From a virus, in UHGV virus genome UHGV-1747320: a stretch of 25,402 nt of DNA; one strand, 5' to 3'. The notes under the pieces are model-generated. The model was not told where the DNA came from. It was given only the letters and a program-made list of their open reading frames with translations, and did not search any database. The position numbers and the translations under genes are program-made. Below are positions 1-6,214 of the stretch, piece after piece (position 1 is the stretch's first letter; each line of letters opens with the position of its first letter).

Positions 1-487
1 ATCCGAAAACATTCATACGCGCGATACCCACGACACGCCATTCCCCAAACAGCGAAGAAACACAGAATCACTGAACCCCCCCAACGAAGCCTGTAACCGC
101 AAGGCTTCTCTCAATCCCAAAAGACACGAAACATAACAATCACGGGAAACGCCATTACCCAATACACGAATAACTACAAAAGCCTTTCACGCACTCCAGA
201 CAAACACAATAACGAAAGGAATCGCCCACCTGCCATTACTCCATACACGGAGAAGAACAATCACCAAAACGACGAGAACACCCCATAGAAGAACCACCGC
301 AAAACGAACGAAACCACATACACCGACAGAGAGAACAACACACCCAATTCACCAACAGAAATAGTCGCCGTATAGAACGTTCTGGAAGGAGTGAGTATTA
401 ACGTCCATAGAGAGGTTGAGACAGATAAAACACGAAGAAAACACAGCATGTATAGCGAAGAAGCCAGGTATGTATAAGTGGGGAGGG
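1..487. other. Non-coding stretch with strong strand compositional asymmetry (plus strand A+C-rich, T and G depleted)
   Basis: No convincing ORF on either strand; track ORFs 261..524(-) and 416..793(+) have low-complexity, Cys/Arg/Trp-rich translations typical of non-coding DNA. Composition judged by eye. Ends at an intrinsic-terminator-like hairpin. Confidence 0.4.
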
Positions 488-511
488 AAGGAGGGGTGTC
501 GCCTCCTTTTT
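488..511 (+). terminator. Rho-independent terminator-like hairpin (stem AAGGAGG/CCTCCTT, loop GGTGTCG, then TTTT)
   Basis: Seen in sequence: 7-bp GC-containing inverted repeat 488-494/502-508 followed by a T-run 507-511. Confidence 0.5.
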
Positions 512-576
512 CGTATTTATTCAACTCCTGATTTTATCCCCCGTAACACCCCTACGGTCAGCCTTCGGTCCATACA

Positions 577-709
577 GGGAAAAGGTTGCATCCCGCTACA
601 GAAACGGCTGGGTTGCCTTCGGGGAACGGCTGGAGGTTTTCAGGGAAACGGTCGAGTTGCCTGTGTGGATTTCGGGAAAAGGCTCGATGCCGGTTCAGGA
701 ACGGTGGCG
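577..709 (+). repeat. Iteron-like array of six direct repeats, consensus (C)GGGAAACGGCTGG
   Basis: Copies begin at about 577, 599, 620, 641, 673 and 696, so spacing is mostly 21-23 bp (about two helical turns). A related cluster lies at 3532-3611. Confidence 0.6.
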
Positions 710-1021
710 TACCGGTATAGCGTGAGGGATAGTTGCGGCTGCCCACCTGTAATGTGCGGGAAGGAGAGAGACGATCACGTGCAGGCGGACTAACTTACCG
801 CTGGATTCCCTCTGAATGCCCAGCTACAGCGTAATTGTGCCAGACAGCCAGCGGGTCACAATCGATTTCAGTAGGTTTTCGGGGAGAGGATTATTCTGCC
901 CACCAGCCACCTTCGGCCACTAAATCAGAATAATGTAAAAAGTGTACTCGGTACTGAACCTGAAAACTCACTGCCAAAACCACATTCACCGGAATAAAAT
1001 CCTTTTTCGCCTGTGCGTTAT

Positions 1022-1056
1022 TGTGATAATAACACCAACAAGAAAACATGTTGTTT
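1022..1056 (+). promoter_or_regulatory. Early promoter module: extended -10 (TGtGATAAT, 1022-1030), conserved CAACAAGAAAACA leader, palindrome AAACA-tgt-TGTTT (1044-1056)
   Basis: The same module (GATAAT, then about 12 nt, then CAACAAGAAAACA and an AACAA-N-TTGTT palindrome) recurs at 2463-2494 and 2947-2978; related copies at 1509-1540 and 13727-13765. Confidence 0.55.
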
Positions 1057-1068
1057 AAGGATTGCTTT

Positions 1069-1398
1069 ATGTTTGCAAATATCGACATCAACCAAATTAA
1101 GAAATTGACTCAAAAAGAGTTTGACCAGTTCTGTGAGCTGGAAGGTTGGTCTTCCACTCTGATCAATTCGCGGTGGGTGCTTGATCTGATGACTCGTGAT
1201 GATGCACCTGCTTTGATGATTTGCGACATGGGTGAAGATGCTGACTTTATGGATATGAGCGAATTTTGTGTGGACACATACAACCGCAGCCAGAAGTACT
1301 ACTTCACATGCGATAGCGAAAATGACGTGATTTCTAAGGTCTATCTTCACCTCGTCCAGCATTGGGACGTTCAGGAGTTTCTTGAGGTATTCGAGTAA
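1069..1398 (+). CDS. Hypothetical small early protein (about 109 aa, acidic, Cys-containing)
   Basis: Track ORF 1048..1398. ATG at 1069 preferred because AAGGA at 1057-1061 lies 7 nt upstream; the 1048 ATG sits inside the promoter palindrome. Hairpin 1408-1424 follows the stop. Confidence 0.55.
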   Translation: MFANIDINQIKKLTQKEFDQFCELEGWSSTLINSRWVLDLMTRDDAPALMICDMGEDADFMDMSEFCVDTYNRSQKYYFTCDSENDVISKVYLHLVQHWDVQEFLEVFE

Positions 1399-1508
1399 AC
1401 CAATCACAGCCAGCATTGCTGGCTTAACTTAATCTGTAGCCGCAGGGAAGAACCTGCGTATCGCTCATGCGCCTGATCAATATGCTTTGTACCTGTTTTC
1501 TCACTGGT

Positions 1509-1540
1509 ATTATTTACGCCATTGAGAAAACAAGTTGTTT
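1509..1540 (+). promoter_or_regulatory. Promoter-like -10 (TATTAT 1509-1514) followed by palindrome AAACAA-g-TTGTTT (1528-1540)
   Basis: Same spacing between the -10 and the AACAAG element as in the other early modules; perfect 6-bp arms. Confidence 0.5.
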
Positions 1541-1551
1541 ACGGAGTTGTG

Positions 1552-1863
1552 ATGAAAAAATCATTGGTTCTTGGTCTGGACAAAGACCAGAAGCGAAAAG
1601 AGAAGCCTGCGCTGGTTGCTCAATTAACTTTGCTGGACATCGTTGCCAATGGAACCTCTATTCGTCTGTTCCGTGAAACAGCGGTGTCTTTCGATAAAAA
1701 CACCTTTACTCGTTATGTAATGAATGTTCGTCGCCAGCGTGGAAAAGGCTGGGTGGCATTTCAAAGAATGTGGCCGGAACATCAGCTCGAACTGGCTTTG
1801 ATGGAAGTTAACCGCGTGGCCCAGCAAGAAATTCAGAGAGCATCAGTGATGGCAATAGCCTGA
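1552..1863 (+). CDS. Hypothetical small basic protein (about 103 aa)
   Basis: Track ORF 1522..1863 begins at a TTG; the in-frame ATG at 1552 has GGAG at 1543-1546. Lys/Arg-rich N-terminus. Confidence 0.55.
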   Translation: MKKSLVLGLDKDQKRKEKPALVAQLTLLDIVANGTSIRLFRETAVSFDKNTFTRYVMNVRRQRGKGWVAFQRMWPEHQLELALMEVNRVAQQEIQRASVMAIA

Positions 1864-1897
1864 TAATGTGCAAGTGGTAATTAGTCGACAGTACGAC

Positions 1898-1926
1898 AGC
1901 CCCGCCATCCTTACGGGGCTTTTTTG
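1898..1926 (+). terminator. Rho-independent terminator (stem AGCCCCG/CGGGGCT then TTTTTT)
   Basis: Inverted repeat 1898-1904/1914-1920 followed by a T-run 1921-1926, directly after the stop of the 1552..1863 gene. Confidence 0.7.
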
Positions 1927-1930
1927 TATT

Positions 1931-1946
1931 GTAAGTACATACTTAC
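1931..1946. promoter_or_regulatory. Perfect palindrome GTAAGTA-ca-TACTTAC upstream of the 1990 gene
   Basis: Member of an AT-rich GTAAGTA/TAGATA palindrome family also seen at 10401-10419, 13655-13669, 15688-15709, 19115-19132 and 22691-22710. Confidence 0.45.
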
Positions 1947-1989
1947 GACTATAAAATAGAAAAATAACCAAGACACTACGGAGAGTGAA

Positions 1990-2385
1990 ATGACCGTTAA
2001 ACGCGAAAAACTGACAGTTGATGTTTACTATGCCTCTGAAACCGCCGAAGGTAAGAATGTGGCAAAAATCACCGTTGTTACGTACAACACCGAAACTGGT
2101 GCCGAAGTACAGGCCAGTACGATCGTGCGTAAAGGTGATGCCTCCGGCGGCGAGTACGCGACTCAATACCAGTCTATTCTCGATGCAACTGACCCGCTGC
2201 TGCTGAAAATCGAGAACTACTTCCGCCAGGTTGATGAAGAGGTGTTTGAAACCATGATGAGTATGGTTAATTCCGTATTCACCTCCAGCCTGAACACCAG
2301 CACCACCTGGATTGGCCAGTATGGTCTGCGCATTACCTCCGGCATTCCTGCTGACACCTTAATCCCTGAAAGCGTATTCGCTTAA
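1990..2385 (+). CDS. Hypothetical protein (131 aa)
   Basis: ATG at 1990 with GGAGAG 6-8 nt upstream; followed by an intrinsic terminator. Confidence 0.7.
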   Translation: MTVKREKLTVDVYYASETAEGKNVAKITVVTYNTETGAEVQASTIVRKGDASGGEYATQYQSILDATDPLLLKIENYFRQVDEEVFETMMSMVNSVFTSSLNTSTTWIGQYGLRITSGIPADTLIPESVFA

Positions 2386-2394
2386 TCCTCTTTG

Positions 2395-2422
2395 AATGGC
2401 GCGTAAACCGCGCCATTTTCTT
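2395..2422 (+). terminator. Rho-independent terminator (stem AATGGCGCG/CGCGCCATT, loop TAAAC, T-rich tail)
   Basis: 9-bp inverted repeat 2395-2403/2409-2417 followed by TTTTCTT. Confidence 0.7.
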
Positions 2423-2462
2423 ATGCCCGATAACAATTTGTTTTCTGCCTTATCTACACTGC

Positions 2463-2494
2463 GATAATTACAACAACAAGAAAACAACATGTTT
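2463..2494 (+). promoter_or_regulatory. Early promoter module copy 2: TGcGATAAT, CAACAAGAAAACA, palindrome AAACA-aca-TGTTT (2482-2494)
   Basis: Near-identical to 1022-1056; a further AACAA-t-TTGTT palindrome lies at 2432-2442. Confidence 0.55.
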
Positions 2495-2513
2495 ACGCAG
2501 TGAGGATATGCTC

Positions 2514-2795
2514 ATGACTGATTTCACCATTACCACCAAAGCACAAAATGTATTCCTCGAATCATGGCTGGACTTGCCGGAAACAGAACAGCAAGAAATG
2601 GATCATGTGGATTATGACGAGCAGGTAAGCACGCGATTCTTCCACTTTGAGGGATGCGTTTACGACATTGCCGACTTCATGCGAGATGACCGCTTCCCTG
2701 AATGGCACGCAAGCTATCCACTAAACGCCTTTGCCATGCTGATGATCCGTGTGGATGATTCAGGGGATACCATCGACATCGGTCTGCTCCACTGA
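2514..2795 (+). CDS. Hypothetical acidic small protein (about 93 aa)
   Basis: Track ORF 2508..2795; second ATG at 2514 chosen because GAGGA at 2502-2506 is 7 nt upstream. A wobble-containing hairpin without a T-run follows at 2801-2824. Confidence 0.55.
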   Translation: MTDFTITTKAQNVFLESWLDLPETEQQEMDHVDYDEQVSTRFFHFEGCVYDIADFMRDDRFPEWHASYPLNAFAMLMIRVDDSGDTIDIGLLH

Positions 2796-2946
2796 ATAAT
2801 AAGGTCACCAATGCTGGTGGCCTTAAATGACCATCCTGTTCCCCGCAGGCTAAAAACACCAACCTCTTACCTCCAGGCAACCGACAAACCCACCTGTTCC
2901 CGTCCGGCTACCGCAACTTTCCACTTTGACGCCTTATTCGTACAAC

Positions 2947-2978
2947 GATAATTAACGCCAACAAGAAAACAATTTGTT
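2947..2978 (+). promoter_or_regulatory. Early promoter module copy 3: GATAAT (2947-2952), CAACAAGAAAACA, palindrome AACAA-t-TTGTT (2968-2978); TTGACG -35 candidate upstream
   Basis: Same module as at 1022 and 2463. Confidence 0.55.
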
Positions 2979-2999
2979 ATTTACGATAAGGAATTAATC

Positions 3000-3482
3000 A
3001 TGAATTTTATCGCTACTGTAAACGCACCCGCACATGGCAATATCGCTGTAACGTTCTCTGACATTGAAAAACGAGTACTTGGTGCCTGGCGTCACAATGA
3101 GACGGTAGAACTGTCAGAACAAGAAAAATGCATTATTGCACGCGACATCATTGGCAATCGTCGTTACTCGCGGGTATTTGAGAAAGTGTATGTGGTAAAT
3201 TCTGGATTCGGAACGTTTGTTTTCCCGGTACGCTCCGGGCGATTCTGCCAGTCCAAGCTGATTGAGTTCGCTACGCAGATTTCGGTCTGGATTAAAACTC
3301 AATCGTCGTTCAAATTTTCCGACGATGAAGCAGTATCGCAGGGGATGCGGATCGCCAACAATGCAATTAAATGCAAAAACATTACGTATACCGCTGGCGT
3401 TGATACATGGAAACTGTTTTGCGCTAACTTTATGTTGAATGTATACGCAAGCAACCGCATCCACATCCTTGATGGCGTGTAA
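3000..3482 (+). CDS. Hypothetical protein (160 aa)
   Basis: ATG at 3000 with AAGGA at 2988-2992; terminator directly downstream. Confidence 0.7.
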   Translation: MNFIATVNAPAHGNIAVTFSDIEKRVLGAWRHNETVELSEQEKCIIARDIIGNRRYSRVFEKVYVVNSGFGTFVFPVRSGRFCQSKLIEFATQISVWIKTQSSFKFSDDEAVSQGMRIANNAIKCKNITYTAGVDTWKLFCANFMLNVYASNRIHILDGV

Positions 3483-3491
3483 CTGAGAAGA

Positions 3492-3512
3492 GGGCCAGAA
3501 ACGGCCCTTTCT
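3492..3512 (+). terminator. Rho-independent terminator (stem GGGCC/GGCCC, loop AGAAAC, then TTT)
   Basis: Inverted repeat 3492-3496/3503-3507 plus T-run; the loop carries the AGAAACGG iteron-like motif. Confidence 0.6.
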
Positions 3513-3531
3513 CTATAGCCACCAGCTGCCG

Positions 3532-3611
3532 CAGGGAAATTTTCAGAAACGGCGAGGAACGTATTCATGAGCCGACGGGAAACGGCCAGGATTTTTTCGG
3601 GAAACGGCTGC
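3532..3611 (+). repeat. Second cluster of GGGAAACGG-type direct repeats (copies near 3532, 3544, 3576, 3598)
   Basis: Sequences CAGGGAAA, CAGAAACGGCGAGG, CGGGAAACGGCCAGG, CGGGAAACGGCTGC; same consensus as the 577-709 array. Confidence 0.55.
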
Positions 3612-3735
3612 ATTCGCCTTTATGTAGAAAAAACATCGGGAAGCTGGTGGAATCCAACCAGCGGTTGTCGGACAGGTGAGCGGGGAAATCATGATGACTT
3701 TCGTCGCCTGAGACATCCAGATTTCTTTCGTAGCG

Positions 3736-3779
3736 TAATCACATACGTGATTAAGTGGTGTGATTATGTGAAAAATCAC
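3736..3779. promoter_or_regulatory. Two adjacent operator-like palindromes sharing a GTGATTA half-site (TAATCAC-atac-GTGATTA at 3736-3753; GTGATT-N8-AATCAC at 3760-3779)
   Basis: Seen in sequence; lies in non-coding DNA between the convergent operons. Confidence 0.4.
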
Positions 3780-3805
3780 GCGCACATAATACGCGAGCGG
3801 ATACG

Positions 3806-3850
3806 GAACAAAACAAAATGCCGATCCGCGCCGACAAATAAACGCGGATC
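3806..3850 (-). terminator. Terminator-like hairpin for leftward transcription (stem GATCCGCG/CGCGGATC with T-rich tract on the minus strand)
   Basis: 8-bp inverted repeat 3823-3830/3843-3850; on the minus strand it is followed by TTTTGTTTTGTT (3806-3820). Confidence 0.45.
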
Positions 3851-4019
3851 ACATAGCAAGACTAAAAGCCAATGATTAACCATACGCTATAGCGCAATAT
3901 AACGCGTTTTAAGCGCGTTAATGTGTTAAGTAATGGGTATGTACTGGTAAGGATATAAAAGCGCGTCTATGGCGTTATTTTGGCGCTTATTTTTATGTTG
4001 TTGGAGTGAGTTAAAGACA

Positions 4020-4047
4020 ATAAAAAACGCGCCATCATTGGCGCGTT
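4020..4047 (-). terminator. Rho-independent terminator for the leftward operon (stem AACGCGCC/GGCGCGTT)
   Basis: 8-bp inverted repeat 4026-4033/4040-4047; the minus strand reads hairpin then TTTTTT. Confidence 0.6.
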
Positions 4048-4065
4048 ATGGTGGGAGTATTGGAA

Positions 4066-4103
4066 ACGAAAAAAGCGCCCATAGTGGGCGCTCGATTTTA
4101 TTT
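4066..4103. terminator. Bidirectional terminator (stem AGCGCCC/GGGCGCT, loop ATAGT) flanked by A-run and T-run
   Basis: Stem 4074-4080/4086-4092; minus strand gives hairpin plus TTTTTT, plus strand gives hairpin plus T-rich tail. The 20-nt core is repeated in inverted orientation at 4571-4590. Confidence 0.65.
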
Positions 4104-4158
4104 GTGTAAACTGATTTTAAATCCCATTTCTACAAACGCTTTTAACATTAAAAATATA

Positions 4159-4329
4159 TCAGCGTCGTTCACGTCTGCTTTTTTTTCGCTCCTGGTCGCT
4201 CAATAAGTCAATTTTGCGCGTCGTTTCATCTATAAGCTCGACTGCGCGCCCAGCGTAACCAGCGATCCCAGCGATGCGATTAACATAATATTCATTATGG
4301 ACGTTAACGCCAGCGATAAGAACAAACAT
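4159..4329 (-). CDS. Possible small ORF (56 aa, hydrophobic N-terminus, basic C-terminus) not in the track (below its length cutoff)
   Basis: ATG at 4329 (minus) with GGAG 7 nt upstream, TGA stop at 4159-4161; lies between the 4351 gene stop and the terminator stack. Confidence 0.3.
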   Translation of the reverse strand: MFVLIAGVNVHNEYYVNRIAGIAGYAGRAVELIDETTRKIDLLSDQERKKSRRERR

Positions 4330-4350
4330 GATTAAGCTCCTTAAAAAAAA

Positions 4351-4554
4351 TTAAATAGAATTTTGAAGTTTTCCGATTAATGCGCTTAAACGTAAATATT
4401 CACGTTTACGCTTACAATCTCGTTTACTGTTAAGCAAATCAGAAAACGTAAAATTTAATTGGTCGCGTTGCGCGATCAAATCATCGATTAATTCCAGTTT
4501 ATAAGCGCGATACTTTGCGCGATATTCCGCGCGGATCTTGTCATAGCTGACCAT
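4351..4554 (-). CDS. Hypothetical small basic protein (about 67 aa)
   Basis: Track ORF 4351..4599; the internal ATG at 4554 is preferred because AAGGAG lies 8 nt upstream and the GCGCCC hairpin (4571-4591) would otherwise fall inside the coding sequence. Confidence 0.5.
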   Translation of the reverse strand: MVSYDKIRAEYRAKYRAYKLELIDDLIAQRDQLNFTFSDLLNSKRDCKRKREYLRLSALIGKLQNSI

Positions 4555-4570
4555 CTTTAAAGCTCCTTTA

Positions 4571-4591
4571 AAGCGCCCACTATGGGCGCTT
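4571..4591 (-). other. Intergenic hairpin AAGCGCCC-loop-GGGCGCTT, inverted copy of the 4072-4092 terminator core
   Basis: Exact 20-nt match to the reverse complement of 4072-4091; sits between two co-directional leftward genes, so it is a candidate attenuator or processing site. Confidence 0.5.
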
Positions 4592-4602
4592 AATTCCATT
4601 AA

Positions 4603-5253
4603 TTACGCTTTGAAAGCATCAGCTAGATAATTGTAGAAATCATTCTTGATAAAGCGATATTGCTGCGTACCAGCTTTGGCGCTTCCCATTCCTTTGACTT
4701 TCTCAACAAGTCCAAGACGTTCGCAAAGATTGATCAACTGGTTGGCTTGAGTATAGCCAGCGTCCAATTTAATCTCACACGCTTTTTTAGCTTCATTCAT
4801 TAAATCGAAAACAGCGCCATTAGTGAACGTGTCGATCTCGTCGTTAATCATATCGATTAAAGCAAATACACGAGATCCTGACATATCAGCGACGGAATAA
4901 GTGCATTTGCCAGATTTAATTGATTTAACCAGATAAACCAGTTTTTCCAGAGAATAACTATTAGTCATTGCATCACGGAAAAATACTTCTGGCGCTTGTT
5001 TGCTTGCTTTAATCGCATAGTAGAAAACAGAGCATAATTTTTCGTCTTCTACAGCGTTTACAACGTTGTTGGTGAAGTAAGCAAGTTTAGTGGTCGCAGC
5101 TTGCATATTTGCTTTGTCTGCTTTGGTGTGCGTACCATTTTTATAATGTTCGTTATATGTTTGAGTTGCCAGATCTGCTTTTTCGCGCAGCTCGTCGGAT
5201 ACAATAGATGCAGCTTCAATGATGGACTTTTTAGAAATGATAATGTTAGCCAT
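4603..5253 (-). CDS. Hypothetical protein (216 aa); C-terminal region may be a helix-turn-helix or winged-helix
   Basis: ATG at 5253 (minus) with AAGGA RBS; sigma70-like promoter upstream; codon usage consistent with the phage core. Confidence 0.7.
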   Translation of the reverse strand: MANIIISKKSIIEAASIVSDELREKADLATQTYNEHYKNGTHTKADKANMQAATTKLAYFTNNVVNAVEDEKLCSVFYYAIKASKQAPEVFFRDAMTNSYSLEKLVYLVKSIKSGKCTYSVADMSGSRVFALIDMINDEIDTFTNGAVFDLMNEAKKACEIKLDAGYTQANQLINLCERLGLVEKVKGMGSAKAGTQQYRFIKNDFYNYLADAFKA

Positions 5254-5311
5254 GATTTCAATCCTTAGTATAAAATTTAATTGTCGTTAGCGATTTCGCT
5301 TTCGATGAGTC

Positions 5312-5350
5312 CAATTATCGATATGAGAAAAAAGATTGCAAGCGTTTTTT
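5312..5350 (-). promoter_or_regulatory. Sigma70-like promoter for the 4603..5253 gene (-35 TTGCAA, 17-bp spacer, -10 ATAATT on the minus strand)
   Basis: Read on the minus strand as TTGCAA-N17-ATAATT about 60 nt upstream of the start; a 13-nt poly-T run lies just beyond (about 5348-5360). Confidence 0.45.
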
Positions 5351-5493
5351 AATTTTTTTTTTTTTTTGCAGGGCGAAAGTCCTAGAAATAAATACGAGAT
5401 CGTCGAAGGTGTTCCCTAAATAAATAATCGATTCCGACTTTAGACCTTATATATTTATACGGGGTAGAATTGAAAGAGTATAAAATGAATGGC

Positions 5494-5527
5494 GTGTAAA
5501 ATAATAACCGGACTTAGCCGGTTATTA
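5494..5527 (-). terminator. Rho-independent terminator for the upstream leftward operon (stem TAATAACCGG/CCGGTTATTA)
   Basis: 10-bp inverted repeat 5502-5511/5518-5527; the minus strand reads hairpin then TTTTAC. Confidence 0.6.
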
Positions 5528-5540
5528 CCCTTATAGGAAT

Positions 5541-5840
5541 TTACATCTTTTTTGCATAGTTCCTGATTTCTTTTATTATATATTCCTGAAAACGCTCCGA
5601 GTTTTCGCATTTGTCTTTTGAAGACTCATCAAGTCCCAACTTGCATCCCGCAACGATCAGTCCATCTTGATATGCAGCGCCTAAAGCCATGCTTAGGTCT
5701 AACATGCACAAATCGTAGTCTTCCGCCTTTGAACACAACTCTGTAGAGACACGTTGCACTCGTTCAATGCTATTTTCTTGAGAAAATGCGGAAGAGCTAA
5801 AAATGAAAGTTAAGAATGTGAATGCTGCTACAGTTTTCAT
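5541..5840 (-). CDS. Small secreted protein with N-terminal signal peptide and four conserved Cys (99 aa); paralog of 5916..6212
   Basis: N-terminus MKTVAAFTFLTFIFSSSAFSQ is signal-peptide-like; AGGAT RBS; shares the pattern C-x8-C-M-x2-L-S-x-A ... C ... C-E with the neighbouring gene. Confidence 0.65.
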   Translation of the reverse strand: MKTVAAFTFLTFIFSSSAFSQENSIERVQRVSTELCSKAEDYDLCMLDLSMALGAAYQDGLIVAGCKLGLDESSKDKCENSERFQEYIIKEIRNYAKKM

Positions 5841-5849
5841 ATCAATATC

Positions 5850-5908
5850 CTAAAACGGTAAAATTCGGTCAACCAAATCGAAGAAAACAAGAATTTTTCT
5901 GCCGTCTT
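5850..5908. repeat. Copy B of an about 58-bp direct repeat; the second copy at 6215-6274 encodes the C-terminus of the 187-aa protein
   Basis: Sequence GGTAAAATTCGGTCAACCAAATCGAAGAAAACAAGAATTTTTCTGCCGTCTT differs by about 2 mismatches from 6223-6274. In copy B the reading frame still spells ...DGRKILVFFDLVDRILPF-stop, a gene 3-prime remnant. Confidence 0.7.
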
Positions 5909-5915
5909 CATACAT

Positions 5916-6212
5916 TTATCGGACTGACTCTACAGCCTTACGATTGGTGTCAAAAAGCGTATCAACGAACAGCAATGAAGAGTTGTTCAATTCACATGGT
6001 TCATAATTTTCCACCTGTTCACATAGTTGAGCGGTCTTACCTATGTTTATCCCTAGTTTTACTGCTGCTGAAAGTTGAAACATGCAAACTGGAATATTCT
6101 GAGACGTTGAGCATACGTCATGCATCAGCGACTTAATAATTGCAATATCATCCTTTGCATTGGCTGAAATTGAGTAAACTAAAAATAATGATGTCAATAG
6201 TATCGATTTCAT
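5916..6212 (-). CDS. Small secreted protein with signal peptide and four conserved Cys (98 aa); paralog of 5541..5840
   Basis: N-terminus MKSILLTSLFLVYSISANA; weak RBS; conserved Cys spacing shared with the paralog. Confidence 0.6.
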   Translation of the reverse strand: MKSILLTSLFLVYSISANAKDDIAIIKSLMHDVCSTSQNIPVCMFQLSAAVKLGINIGKTAQLCEQVENYEPCELNNSSLLFVDTLFDTNRKAVESVR

Positions 6213-6214
6213 AA

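Noticed and set aside
577-709. Possibility that the phased direct repeats are a CRISPR array
   Set aside because: Repeats are only about 12-14 bp and degenerate, units are about 21 bp in total, and there are no uniform-length unique spacers or a nearby cas gene.
261-793. Track ORFs 261..524(-), 416..793(+), 558..746(-) in the first kilobase
   Set aside because: Translations are low-complexity and Cys/Arg/Gly/Trp-rich, with no RBS, and they overlap the iteron array and the skewed region; better explained as non-coding DNA.
1048-1068. Upstream start codons of track ORFs (1048, 1522, 2508, 8480, 4599, 21395, 22178, 22723)
   Set aside because: Several are TTG or GTG, or lack an SD and lie inside promoter or hairpin elements; downstream in-frame ATG (or GTG at 22301) codons with canonical SD spacing were preferred. 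Either choice remains possible.
2801-2824. Hairpin after the 2514..2795 gene as an intrinsic terminator
   Set aside because: Stable 10-bp stem (one G-U pair) but no following U-tract; more likely a stability element, so not called as a terminator.
3567-3875. Track ORF 3567..3875(+) and overlapping minus-strand ORFs 3299..3613 and 3543..3785
   Set aside because: They run through the GGGAAACGG repeat cluster and the operator-like palindromes; the translation is Arg/Cys/His-rich without an RBS, so likely a chance open frame.
3880-4160. Possible tRNA or other structured RNA gene in the hairpin-rich non-coding region
   Set aside because: No cloverleaf arrangement, T-loop (GTTCRA) or anticodon-arm pattern could be found by eye; the hairpins fit intrinsic terminators better. 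Not excluded without a proper scan.
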